A stretch of 64,000 nt of DNA, taken from positions 620,001 to 684,000 of the forward strand of contig NC_058370.1 in the NCBI RefSeq assembly GCF_018350175.1, in the 5' to 3' direction. Origin of the DNA: Felis catus. Lineage: Eukaryota. The translations under genes and the position numbers were made by a program. The notes beneath the pieces were generated by a model. It made no database searches. It had not been told where the DNA came from and worked only from the letters and a program-made list of their open reading frames with translations. The number at the start of each line of letters is the position of its first letter. The stretch's first letter is position 1. This document shows, piece by piece, positions 13,490 through 55,129 of the stretch.

Positions 13490-13535
13490 CGGCTAGAGCG
13501 GCCAGCGCACCGCTTCCGCCCTCGCAGCCCACCGG
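13490..13535 (-). other. ZGPAT: Probable non-coding exon 1 of ZGPAT (5' end uncertain)
   Basis: Donor CCG|GTGAGG at 13488-13489 just downstream of the ETS-site cluster; TSS inferred. Confidence 0.5.
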
Positions 13536-14262
13536 CACTTCCTCCCGAAAGCCGCCGCCGCCGCCGGAAGTGCCTGGCGCGGAGACCGCCGGGATGAGGC
13601 GCGCGGGGGCCGCCGGGACGGCTCCGCCCTCCCCGAGGCGCCGGCCTGCCTCCCGTCGGGCGCCGCGCGAGGTCAGCGCGGGGTCAGCGCGGGTCTGCGG
13701 GGTCAGGCGCGCGGCGGTTCCGCGGCCCGGACGGGCGCGAGGTAGGCCGCGGGGCTGGTTGCCGCCCGCCCGGGCCCGAGGGCGCGGCGGGGACTCGCGG
13801 TCGGCGTGTCGGCCGGCTCGCGAGCCCGAGACCCGGTGTCGGAGCTGCGCGGCGGAGGCCGGGGGCGTGGGGCCCGGGCGGCCTCCCCCCCTGCGGTCGT
13901 TCCGCGCCACCTGCCGGCCGTGCGGCCTCTCGGGGGCCGCCGCCGCCCCGCCATCCCCGCGCGGCCGCCACTTCTGGAGGGCGGGCCCGCACCTGCTGGC
14001 TGCCCGGCAGCGCGCCGCCTCCGAGGGGGCCCAGACCGGGGGCGGGGCGTCCTGGGGCTCGGGGGAGCCTGACGTCACCGCCGGGACGCAGACCGGGACC
14101 GGACCAGTCTTCTGAGGGCCGAGGGCCGGGGAGGGGGAGGGGGGCCGCCACGGGAGGGGGCGCCGGCCTTGGCGAGTGCGGCGGCCGTACACGGAAGGGG
14201 AGGGGTCGGGCCCGGCCGCCGCTCGCCCCGTGTGACGCGTCTCTCCGGGTGCCCAGGGCAGG

Positions 14263-14355
14263 ATGTACACGCTGCTGTCGGGCCTGTACAAGTACATGTT
14301 CCAGAAGGACGAGTACTGCATCCTGATCCTGGGCCTGGACAATGCCGGCAAGACG
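14263..14355 (+). CDS. ARFRP1: ARFRP1 coding exon 1
   Basis: ATG 14263; MYTLL...NAGKT; donor ACG|GTGTGT. Confidence 0.96.
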
Positions 14356-17300
14356 GTGTGTGCCCGTCCCTCTGTCACCACCCCCTCCGTGGTCCTTGTG
14401 GTGGTGTACCTGGAGCTGCGTGTTTACTGCCCAGAGTCCTCTGCAGCTGCTTTAGAAGCAAAAACACTGTTCTGTTCTGCTTTGTTCTCAAGGAAAAGGC
14501 CCAAGAAGGGATGTTTGGGAAATAGACTGGAAAGGATCCCAGTCCTTACCTGCTGTCTGTCTGTCTGTCTCTCTCGTCAGACGTTCTTGGAGCAGTCAAA
14601 AACCCGGTTTAACAAGAACTACAAGGGGATGAGCCTATCCAAAATCACTACCACCGTGGGTCTGAACAGTAAGGGGGTCCCTCAGGGCTGTGGGTTTGTG
14701 GGGCAGACCCCTGAGGATGCTGTGACGTCCGCAGGCCAGCCGGCAGATGGGCAGGGCCACGTGAGGCTTTTATCCCAGTTCGCACTGGGCAGATGGTGGG
14801 GGAGCACCAGAGTGGCTCGTTCCTCTCCTGGAGCTGGCCGGCGGCACGTCAGGGACCCAGGACACGCAGCCTCATCCGTCTTTTTCTCTCCCCAGTCGGC
14901 ACTGTGGACGTGGGAAAGGCTCGCCTCATGTTCTGGGACTTGGGGGGCCAGGAAGAGCTGCAGTCTCTGTGGGACAAGGTAAGATAAACGCTGTGTAGGG
15001 TCCTTGGCCACGCACTGCCTGTTCTCGGGCCGTTTCTTCCCCGGTGACACCCCTTGGTCGCTTCCTTTCCTCGTAAGGCCTCAGACTCCCCTTTTTTCTT
15101 TGTTGTTGGTAGCTTTGTCACCCGCTTTGTTCCCCGGGCTTCCCCCCCCCGCCCCTCCCCTCCCCCGTCCTATCCCAGCTCCCGAGTCCTTCCCCCAAGA
15201 GCAAGGATGTACTTGATTCCCTTCGACTTGGAGATGTTGCTACTACCACAGGGCAAGACGAAAGCTGGCCAGGAAACAGGTGTGGGGGAGGTACGATGAC
15301 AGCGGGACACTCCGCTTCACCGCCGGGGCTGAGTCCCTCTGCTCGGGCCCTTTCCCTCAGTTGTAGCTTGGGACCTGGCCTCTGTGGTGGCCTCTTCCCC
15401 ATTAGGGGAGGATGTGTTCAGAGGCCTTTAACAGCTGCCTTTTCTCTTGATGAGGTTTTGGGGTGTTCCCGGGGCCCCGGTGCCGTGCTGCTTTTCCCAC
15501 ACACCCCAGCCCCGAGGTCTGTCTTCAGCTCGCCCTGTGCCAGGCCCTGGGGTCCAGCAGCGAGCAGGACGGACCTAGCCTCTCCCTCAGGCGGCCCCCT
15601 CCTGGTGGATGGGCACAGTGGATTTGGTGCAGCCGAGGCGAGGGGCACAGATGTGCCTGCCCCAGTGCCAGGGGCACGGACACGCTCATCTGCACTCTCG
15701 TTAGTCATCCGTGTCTTTAGAACTAGCGTCTAGATCCTGGTACCCGGTCACCTTTTCCTGGCTTTCCTCTAAAGTGTCTGCTCTGTTCCGACTTCCCTCC
15801 AGGAGGCCGGCTTCCGTCCCGTGGCCGGAAGGTCGCCAACAGGTTCTCTGGCTATTTAAGGTCACTGAAGCAGAGTGAAGCCGGGGCCTGCTCTTCTGAA
15901 CCAAGACCCACATTCCTGACACTGTGTCGCAGGCCAAGGTCTCAGGAGCAGACGCTGAGACAGATGTTGGGGCATAGGATGTGTGTTGAGGGCCAGCGCC
16001 TGAGATGGGAGCTGGGCTAATGCGGGTCTGGGGAGGGGAAGGGCCAGCTCAGGTGGCCGGGCCAGCAGGGAGCCCGGCAGGAGAATTCCTTCCTCATGGC
16101 CCTCCCACATCAGGCCACGCCGACTGGGACTCATACGGCCTCGTGGGTCACCACATGGGCTGCCTTGGGCAGCTATGACTTGGTAAGGTGGCTCTTGGTG
16201 GGTTAAAGTAGGCGCCGCAGGAACCCGCGGGCTCATCCGCTGGGTGCGCTGCCTGCCCCTGGGCTCCTGGACCACGGCCCACCGTGCGCCGCTTAGCACT
16301 CATGCCCTGAGGTGGGCGTGGCTCTGCCAGGCGGGAAGAGAGAGAGAGAGGAGGCTCTGCGGCTGGCAGCGTCCCCACTCCAGCTACTGCTCCTGCTGAT
16401 GGTGTGGCTCGTCACAAGAGTCTGCGCCCCTGGTGGCTGACCCTACTAGGTTCTTCATGAGCTTTCCGGCCTCCCTGTGGAGCGGGTGCCCTGCCTCCCG
16501 CTGATAGTGTCCATTATCCCCGCCAGCGTGGGGTGTCTGCTGGCTCCTGAACGCGAGTTGTCCAACATGCCCAGGAGACAAGCGGGGTTTGTGACTTAGC
16601 AGGTCTCTGGCTGGGCCCTAGGGAACGGGGAGCCTTGGTGGTGACCACATCCCCAACCCTGTAGGGCCCAGAGCTGTGAGGATGGGCAGCAGGGTCCCCT
16701 GTGGGTCACCAGGATGGATGGGAAGTAGAGCTCCTGCCACCCCCGCCCCTTCCTAGACACTTGTCCCGGGGCCTGGTCCCCTGCACAGTCTGACACCTTG
16801 GCACTGTATTGGGGTGGCCATCGTTTCGTCCCTGGGTCTGTCCACGTACCAGCCTCGGGCTGCACGGAAACAAGACTGGCGGACTGCCTGTGCCTGCCAC
16901 GGGGGCCCTTCTAGCTTCCCTCCCTCCAGGCCACACCCGAAAGCTCTCTGTCGTGCGGTCATGGGTGACACTGCCATCAGGGTGCCGTGGGGCGGAGGCA
17001 GCCCACCGTGCCCCCGGTCCTACCCCTGCTCAGCCCCCAGTGCCCAGCTCCATTGCTCCCCGTGCCGTCGGCCGTCACCTTACACCCGTCTGCCAGGCCA
17101 GGTCGTACACCCCGAGGGCTGTGAGGGGATTCCCTGGGCTTGCCGTGAACCCCGTGCGGTACCCCTTCCTGCTATGGAGACCTCTGTCGCAGGGCCCGCC
17201 AGCTCCCAGCTCTCAGCAGCAAGATAGGGCCTGCAGCCCTCACACCACCTAGCACGTATGCTACAGAGGTCCCTGCTTCTGTGTGATTTGCGGGCTGCGG

Positions 17301-19428
17301 GATCCAGACGGCCACGCGTGTCGGGCTTCCTGTAGCGAGTGTGGATGCTGAAGCCTGTCTCGTGCTGGGGCGGTCGCTTTCAGCTTGCCCTCGTTACACC
17401 CCGAGAATTCCCCGGAGCTGTCAGGCCTGCGCATCTGTGGGGTCGTCAGCTCGCGGACCGCAAACTGGCACCTGGCGTCCTGTTGCGTGTAACGTGCGGG
17501 TGTCCCCGGCCTCCGGGCTCTAGTGACAACTGGGGGCAAAGTGGCAGAGATGCTGCTGTCTGCTTGCCAGACGGGGACGCTTCCAGGTTGTATTTTTCGA
17601 TTAGGTAGAACGTGGGCTTACCAAACGTGTGGCTGCATCACCCATGCCCCGCACTCCAAGGGCCCGCCCCCACGCGCCCCGTTTTGTCCATCTGTCGAGA
17701 TTCCCTTTGCCGCGTGACACTTCCCCAGGCCTGGGCTCTGATGCCGCCGCTGTGTGCGTGCCTGGGCTGACTGCCACCTGCCCCAGTCCGGCCCGCAGAG
17801 CTCAGTGCTGCTGGTCTGGTCCTCGGCGCCGCCCCTCCCTCCCTTCGGCGGCTGTTGCGTGGCTCCCGAGCAGTATGGCCATCGACTTCTGTCCACACTG
17901 GCATGTGATCTGGCTAGCATCCTCCCTCCACTTCCAGGGCTGCGTGGGGACACCCTATCCTTCCCCCGCCCCCTCCCCACCAGCCACCATCAGACCGACG
18001 ATCGTGGGCAGCTTTCAGGAGCAGATGCTGAAGTGGGGTTTGGGGGCACGGTACCTGGGAAATAACAGTGTTGCCCGAGGTCAGCAAGCTGTTCCCAAAG
18101 GCCTCCAGGGCCGCCTCACTCTGCCCTACCTTCTGCCCCCCAAAGGCGCCTCGGAAGGGCCTTCCAGTTGGCGGCTGGCCCTGGGGTGGCCAAGTGCCTG
18201 TGGCCCAGCACCCCCTTTCTGCCCCTCCCCAGTACTACGCGGAGTGCCACGGTGTCATCTACGTCATCGACTCCACAGACGAGGAGAGGCTGTCCGAGTC
18301 CAAGCGAGCGTTCGGTGGGTACAGCCCGGCTCGGGGCCGGGGAAACGGTCAGGTCCAGTCTGCCCGCCCCAGGTGCCTGGAGCTGGCCCCGGTGGGAGAT
18401 GGGGCCCACACCAGGTCAGGCAGGGCTGTGGCCAAGAGAGAGCTCACGTGTGGTGTGGAGGGGTGGGTGGGCCTCGGCAGCCACAGGCAGATCAAGGGTG
18501 CTCACTGCCCCCTTTCTGCCCACTCCAGAGAAGATGGTCACGAGTGAGGCACTGGACGGTGTCCCCATCCTGGTGCTGGCCAACAAGCAGGACGTTGAGG
18601 TGAGCTCACTACAGCATGCCCACAGGGCAGCCCCCAGCAGAAGCACGTCCCACTGACAGCTAGGACAGGGTGCCTGTCCTGGACCTCCCAGGCCAGGTGT
18701 GCTCTAGGTGCACCTGGGCCTCTCGTGCGGGGCACCTTCTCTGCATAGGCAGGTGGGCGGCAGTATTCCTCTGCCACTGGCGTGGGTGGACGTGAAACGC
18801 AGAGGCGTCCCAGGGTGAGAGTCAGCTCCGATCTTGGCCTGTCTGCTGCCCTTGGGATCGCCTCAGCTGGCCAGTGGATGCTCAGCGGCAGTCTGTGTGG
18901 AGAGGGCTTTGCAGGGCAGCGTCCTGATTCTGCAGCAGAGGCGCTGTAGGGTCAGGGTGCGTCGGAGATGGCTTCCTTCCGCCTGCGGTCCCTTTCCTGC
19001 AGCCCTTCCGTGCCACCTGCTCCTCCTCCCGAGACTGCTCGCTGCAGGGCCTCTCCTAGGCAGAGAAGCCCTGAGCCCAGCCCCTCCCCACCAAGACCAC
19101 GTCCTGCCCCAGGAGCAGGACATCTGCAGCGCCTGCGACCTTGCCCCTCACAGCCTCGCCTTCCCCCAGACTTGCCTCTCGATCCCCGACATCAAGACTG
19201 CGTTCAGTGATTGCACCTCCAAGATTGGCAGGCGCGACTGCCTGACCCAGGCCTGCTCGGCCCTCACTGGGTGAGTGGGGCTCTCCCTGCCGTGGGCTGG
19301 AGGCCGGGCTGGCCCCACCTCATGCTTCCTGTCTCCACAGCAAAGGGGTGCGCGAGGGCATCGAGTGGATGGTGAAGTGCGTCGTGCGGAACGTGCACCG
19401 GCCGCCGCGGCAGAGGGACATCACGTAG
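14263..19428 (+). CDS. ARFRP1: ARFRP1, ADP-ribosylation factor-related protein 1, 201 aa; join(14263-14355,14581-14668,14896-14978,18233-18314,18529-18599,19170-19270,19341-19428)
   Basis: MYTLLSGLYKYMFQKDEYCILILGLDNAGKTT P-loop, WDLGGQ, ANKQD, ends VHRPPRQRDIT-TAG. All introns GT-AG; 606 nt total. Confidence 0.98.
14581..14668 (+). CDS. ARFRP1: ARFRP1 coding exon 2
   Basis: TFLEQSKTRFNKNYKGMSLSKITTTVGLN; tcag| and |gtaagg. Confidence 0.96.
14896..14978 (+). CDS. ARFRP1: ARFRP1 coding exon 3
   Basis: GTVDVGKARLMFWDLGGQEELQSLWDK; ccag| and |gtaaga. Confidence 0.96.
18233..18314 (+). CDS. ARFRP1: ARFRP1 coding exon 4
   Basis: YYAECHGVIYVIDSTDEERLSESKRAF. Confidence 0.96.
18529..18599 (+). 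CDS. ARFRP1: ARFRP1 coding exon 5
   Basis: EKMVTSEALDGVPILVLANKQDVE. Confidence 0.96.
19170..19270 (+). CDS. ARFRP1: ARFRP1 coding exon 6
   Basis: TCLSIPDIKTAFSDCTSKIGRRDCLTQACSALTG. Confidence 0.96.
19341..19428 (+). CDS. ARFRP1: ARFRP1 coding exon 7 (stop)
   Basis: KGVREGIEWMVKCVVRNVHRPPRQRDIT, TAG 19426-19428. Confidence 0.96.
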
Positions 19429-21310
19429 GCATGGCTGGTGCCTGCTGGTGCCCACAGCTCACCCCTGAGTGCCCGAGGAGCGCTCCTGCCAGCTCTGAGC
19501 CGCCAGGCCTGGGGGTCGGGTTTGCTTTGCTCTTGGTTTTTTCAGTTGCTTTGTTTTTTCTTTAAGACAAACGTTTCCCTGTGTCCGTAAAAGTGTGGGC
19601 ATGCAGAGGCTTCTGCTGAGGGGGAATCGGGGCGGCAGGGCCAGGCTGGGCGCCACCAGGGGACCCCCACAAGACCCCTGCCAAGCCTGCCGGTGTTGGC
19701 GGGCCGCCTGGCCCTTTGGAGTCGCCACCCCAGCAGTGTGGCCTGCCTGGCCCAGGGGGCGGAGGGGCACCTGTCTGGAAACGAGATGCTCCAGAGCTGC
19801 TCTGTGCCGTTCACCCACGGAGGAAGCTGGGGGGGCAAGTGTGTCTGTCCTCAGTCTCCGTCCCCTCTGGGCCTGGAGATGGGTTGGGGGCTGGTGTCAT
19901 CTTGAGGGAGGAGGGAGACCTGGTCCACTTTGCTGGAGGCCAGCGGGGCCCTGGGTTCTGATGCCTCAGAACAGGGTGGGGGAGATCTGCCTGGGAGGCC
20001 CCGTGTCCTCTTCCGCTGGCCTCCCGTCCAGTCAGGGAGGGAGTGGGTGTTCCCTCTGAGTGTGTCTGCCGCTGGTGCAGGACAGCCAGTCGCCATTGTG
20101 GGGGGCACACCAGCATGGGTGTTCCAGAGGCCAGCTAGGTTCCTGTGGAGCCCAGGCCAGTTGTGGGATGGGCCTTGATTCCCAGTTGGAGGTGAGGGGT
20201 GGGGTCCCCGTCAGGTCTGGGGACGGGCTAAAAACCCATTTCCGGGTCTGTGCCTGGAAACCGTCCCTCCGGGTGAGGCTGGTCCTTGGGACCCTCACCA
20301 CATGGGCCCTGTGGGAGCTGGCAAGACCCAGTGGGCCTAGCCCTGGGCAGGAGGCTGATTGGCCAGCACTGGGTGGAGTAGGCCAGAAAATGGCAGTCTG
20401 AGTCGCTGCTGTCTGTTGTCCCTCCAGAACCCCAGGACTGGGTGGTGGGCTCCCAACTGTCTGGGCACAGTGACCACAGCACGAAGGGCTCCCAGGCTAG
20501 ACCCAGGGCCTGTCTGGGCACCACCTTCCTGCTTCCGTGGGAGTGCCAGAGCCAGAACCCTGACCCTGCTAGACTACCCTCCCTCTGAGGTGGCAGCCTT
20601 GGAGGGCCTACTGAGAAAGGCTGAGTCAGGGCTGGGGGTGGGAATGCAGGTGAGGTGACTCATGGGGAGTCATAGGCTGTGGGGTCCCCCCCCCCTTGGG
20701 ACCTATCATGGGGATCAGGCGCCAGGCTCCAGGGCTCACGGGAAGGGCTGGGAGTCGGCCAGGTTGTTCTGGGGCACTCCAGCCCTCATCTGAGCCTTCC
20801 TGTGGGGAAAAGCCGTGTTTCCCAGAAAGCACATGGGATGCACCCGGCCTAGGGGAGGTCCTTGGCTGGTCCCCTCCGGGGAAATTCCCTGCCTGCAGGG
20901 ACTGGGTGGAGCTCAAGTGGAGGGGCAGGGTGAGGGGGAAGGGTCTCTTGGCAGCCCAGATTAGTGTTGGCCAGTCCAAGCTGGGTCCTATTCCACAGCA
21001 AGAGCCCCTAGACTGGGTAGGACCCTCACGACACTCCCCCCCCCCCCCCCAGCTGTCCTACGCACAAAGCATGACTTGGGGTCATGGGACGAGCCTCAGG
21101 GATCTCCACTGTGCCCACAGCCAGAAGGGATGCACCTGCCACCCACTGGCCCTCTCTGACAGTCCTTCCCACCGAGGGTCTATCCCACTTGGGGTGACCG
21201 GCAGCCAGAGGAAGCATGGGACGCTAGAAAGCCCATGCAGGTGTTTGTTTCCCCACCAGACGTGCCCACCAGCACCCGGTAGACATGGCACAAAGTTTCA
21301 TACAATCCGT

Positions 21311-21327
21311 TTTATAACGGCTTTATA
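21311..21327 (-). terminator. TNFRSF6B: Candidate TNFRSF6B polyadenylation signals (variant TATAAA, twice)
   Basis: Plus-strand tttata at 21311-21316 and 21322-21327, about 130 nt past the TNFRSF6B stop; no minus-strand AATAAA seen nearby. Confidence 0.5.
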
Positions 21328-21330
21328 AAA

Positions 21331-21336
21331 AATAAA
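21331..21336 (+). terminator. ARFRP1: ARFRP1 polyadenylation signal (second candidate at 21431-21436)
   Basis: First AATAAA I could find downstream of the stop; implies a 3' UTR of about 1.9 kb. Confidence 0.7.
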
Positions 21337-21451
21337 CTTTGTTACTGTAATGGGACACCGGTCGGTTGAGCTTACTTTAGTAAGTCACTTTCGGTGTGAT
21401 GCCCATGTGGGAGCCCCAGCTTGGGAACAGAATAAATAGGGGGCGGGGTGC

Positions 21452-21735
21452 TCAGCGTGCCCAGAAGCGTGTGCGGACACTGCGCTCCAGCCCAGGCAGC
21501 CGGGCTTCGCGCAGGGCCCGCAGCAGCCGCACAGCCAGCGCCCCAGCCTGCGCCTCACGGAGCTCCAGGAGCTGCTGCCTCAGCTTAGGCTGCAGGCCGT
21601 TGCGACCCTCCCTGGGTGGCACTAGGCCTTGTGCTTCTGGGCCCCTGAGCGCCTGCCACAGCCGCAGGAGCTTCTTGAAGGACCAGTCCTGGAAAGCCAC
21701 GAAGTCAATGACAGCGCGCTCACACTCCTCGGCTC
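21452..21735 (-). CDS. TNFRSF6B: TNFRSF6B exon 3
   Basis: GAEECERAVIDF...RSVRTRFWAR-TGA; poly-C tract then gcag| acceptor. Confidence 0.95.
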
Positions 21736-22880
21736 CTGCAGCGGTGGGGGGGGGGGGGGGGGGATGTTAAGGACCCAGTGGTAGAGGCCTCCATGTGCTC
21801 TGGGTGTGGAGGGGAGGGACACCCGACAAGGGAGAAATCCCTGCCCACTAACAGGTCTGGTGCAGAGGCGGAAGAAGAGGTCAGAGAGCGTGCAGGGGTG
21901 GGAAGGGAGATGCGGTTTAAACTCCCTGGGAGTCCGTTTCCCAAGGGGGGTGGGTGGGTGGCTGGCATGGCCTGCGGAGGCACTGGTGCCACGCCACCAC
22001 CGCAGGGGACTCCCTAGGTAAGTTTCTGGAGGACCCTCCCAGAGGCTGGATAAACGCTGCATACCTCAGGGCTAGACTCTGGCCTGGGGACAACGGACAC
22101 AGGCTGACCTCCTCTGACTCGCGCGCCCCCTCCCCTGCTCACCTGGCCTCCCTGGCTCCGGGGTGCCGAGTGGGAAGCCGGCGCAGCTAGTGCACAGGGC
22201 GTCGTGGGAGGCGGAGCCGGCCACGTTGAGGACGAGGCCCAGGGCCGTGCAGTTGCGGTGGGGCTGGCACTGTTCCGAGCTCGAGCTGCTGGCCGAGAAG
22301 GTGCCCGGGGGGCACGGCTGGCATTGCGTGTTCTGGCTGGGGGTGCCTGGGGACGAGATGGGGAGGAAGGGGTCAGGGGGAGCCAGGGGTGCCGTCCTCA
22401 CCGGTGGCTGAAGTCCCAGGCCGCCGCCCGCCAGCCCGGCCGCTCACCGGGGGCAGTCACGCCCGCGCCGGGCGGGCAAGGCGCGTGCTCCAGGCAGAAG
22501 CCCGCGTGGGCGAAGAAGCCGGGGCGGCAGCGGCAGGCGCGGTTGTGGGTGGCGTCGCAGGGCCGCGCCTCCTCCTCGCGTTCCCCGCAGATGACGTTGC
22601 AGTAGCGGCAGCGCTCCAGGTAGTTCCAGAACTGCGTGTAGTGGCGCGGAGGGCACGCGCCGCACGTCGTGGGGGCATCCCGACGGCACGGCCGCTGCAC
22701 GAAGGTGCCCGGGGGGCACTGGCCGCACACCAGCCACTCCCGGGTCTCCGCGTCCCGCCACGGGTAGGTGAGCGCGCCCGCCGTCGCCGTCGCCCCCTGT
22801 GCCGCCAGAGCCAACAGTAGGGTGGGCAGCGCCCAAGGCCGGGTCAAGGGCGGCGGTCCCCGCCTCTCCAGTGCCCACAT
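21452..22880 (-). CDS. TNFRSF6B: TNFRSF6B, decoy receptor 3 (DcR3), secreted TNFR-family member, 306 aa; complement(join(21452-21735,22143-22346,22448-22880))
   Basis: Signal-peptide-like N-terminus, TYPWRDAET, cysteine-rich domains (CGQCPPGTFVQRPC...HYTQFWNYLERCRYCN...NTQCQPCPPGTFS...HRNCT), C-terminus EECERAVIDFVAFQD, no TM segment; 921 nt in frame. Confidence 0.97.
22143..22346 (-). CDS. TNFRSF6B: TNFRSF6B exon 2
   Basis: GTPSQNTQCQPC...CAGFPLGTPEPGRP; ccag| and |gtgagc. Confidence 0.94.
22448..22880 (-). CDS. TNFRSF6B: TNFRSF6B exon 1 coding part
   Basis: ATG 22880; donor G|GTGAGC. Confidence 0.95.
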
Positions 22881-23220
22881 GATAGTCACCGGAGCGGCGG
22901 CTCGGCCTCCGGGAGGCCCACGAGCGAGGACACGGGGACGACGCGTCCTACCCTACCTGTCGCCACCCCACAAGCTCGTCCGTCGGCGGCCAGCGCCGGC
23001 CTATATGGCCCGGCCTCGCCACGCCCCCGGGGGGAGGGCTCACGACCTCCACGGGGCCGCGCTGCGACCCGACTTTCGGCGACGTCACCGCCCCACGGCC
23101 CCTCCCTCCCCAGGGAGCCCCCTCACCCCGCCCCCCGCTGGGCGCCAGCCTCCGCCGGGCCTTAGTCCAGGGGGCGGTCCTGCAAGGGCCTCCCCAGCAC
23201 CAGGGGCAGCTCTCTACCCG
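22881..23220 (-). promoter_or_regulatory. TNFRSF6B: TNFRSF6B CpG-rich promoter / 5' UTR region
   Basis: CpG-rich; TATA-like CATATAG near 23001-23007; CRE-like TGACGTC at 23081-23087. Confidence 0.5.
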
Positions 23221-23468
23221 GGAGCAGGGCTGGCAGCCGGGGTGCAGGCTGGGGATGCCTGGCTCCTCTCTTCTCTGGTCTCAGCCATCTGCCGGTCCAC
23301 CTGTGAGGACGGAGGCTGAGCCCAGTTGGGACAAAGCGCTCAGCGTGCCCTTTCCCGGACAGGGTGGGACGACCCTACTCAGATGCCCACGTCTTCCTTC
23401 CCAGCACCCTCAAACCCCATTGCCAAGTCCAGACCCTACAAACAGCGTCTGGATACGGTATCCGCAAC

Positions 23469-23474
23469 TTTATT
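23469..23474 (-). terminator. RTEL1: RTEL1 polyadenylation signal
   Basis: AATAAA on the minus strand about 370 nt after the long-isoform stop. Confidence 0.8.
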
Positions 23475-23844
23475 AGAGAACCTGTCACCTGATTAAAAGC
23501 AGGTCCACTGCGCGCGCGTGCACACACACAGGTCCCAGAGAGGAGGGAGCAGAGCGTTTCCCCCACCTTCCAGTCCTGGGCTCAGGCCGCAGCAGCCAAA
23601 CGCCTGAAGCTCTACCCACAAACAAGCAGCCAAGTAAAGTTCTGAAGAGGTACCTTTTAGCAGACCCTCCCCAGACCCTAAGGGTACTTCGGGGCTTCTC
23701 ATAGGCAGGCGCCGATCCTGCTGCCATTTCAGGGGCATCCCCACGGGCACTGGCCTGGCCCGTGGCCCGCACCCCGTGAAGGGACAAGTGCCCCAGCTGC
23801 GTCTGGGACAGAGGCGGCGTCCGCCTGCCCGAGGGTCTCCAGCC

Positions 23845-54823
<30,979 letters not shown>

Positions 54824-55129
54824 ACTGGCCTGTTCTCAGGAAGGCACTGAGACTGGCTGATATGCAGGCTGTGAGACAAAACCCCTCCGAACATCTCAGG
54901 ATCTTCGCCACAGCGGGTAAGTGATGCCAGCCAGCGGCGCTGGGACGTGACCCTGCTCCCAGCAGGAAGCCCTATGGCAGAGACGGCAAGACTGCTTATA
55001 GCAGGCCTTTCTGGAGTGCCAAGCCACCTCACCGATCGATGGGGCAGGCCCTCCCCCCCTGCAAGGTCGAAGGCAAGCCTGTGATGTCCTATCATAAGGA
55101 GCTCGGGAAGATGAGGAACCTACACGTCA

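Larger units (their letters stand above)
12950..14360. promoter_or_regulatory. CpG island / bidirectional promoter shared by ZGPAT and ARFRP1
   Basis: Very CpG-dense. Outward-facing ETS/GABPA-type motifs CGCTTCCG 13511-13518, CACTTCCT 13536-13543 and CCGGAAGTG 13564-13572 around a (GCC)5 tract. Confidence 0.85.

Noticed and set aside
12055-14115. 686-aa plus-strand ORF
   Set aside because: Antisense shadow of the ZGPAT exon and the CpG island; Pro/Arg/Ala/Gly-rich with no recognisable domain, and stop codons are scarce at this GC content
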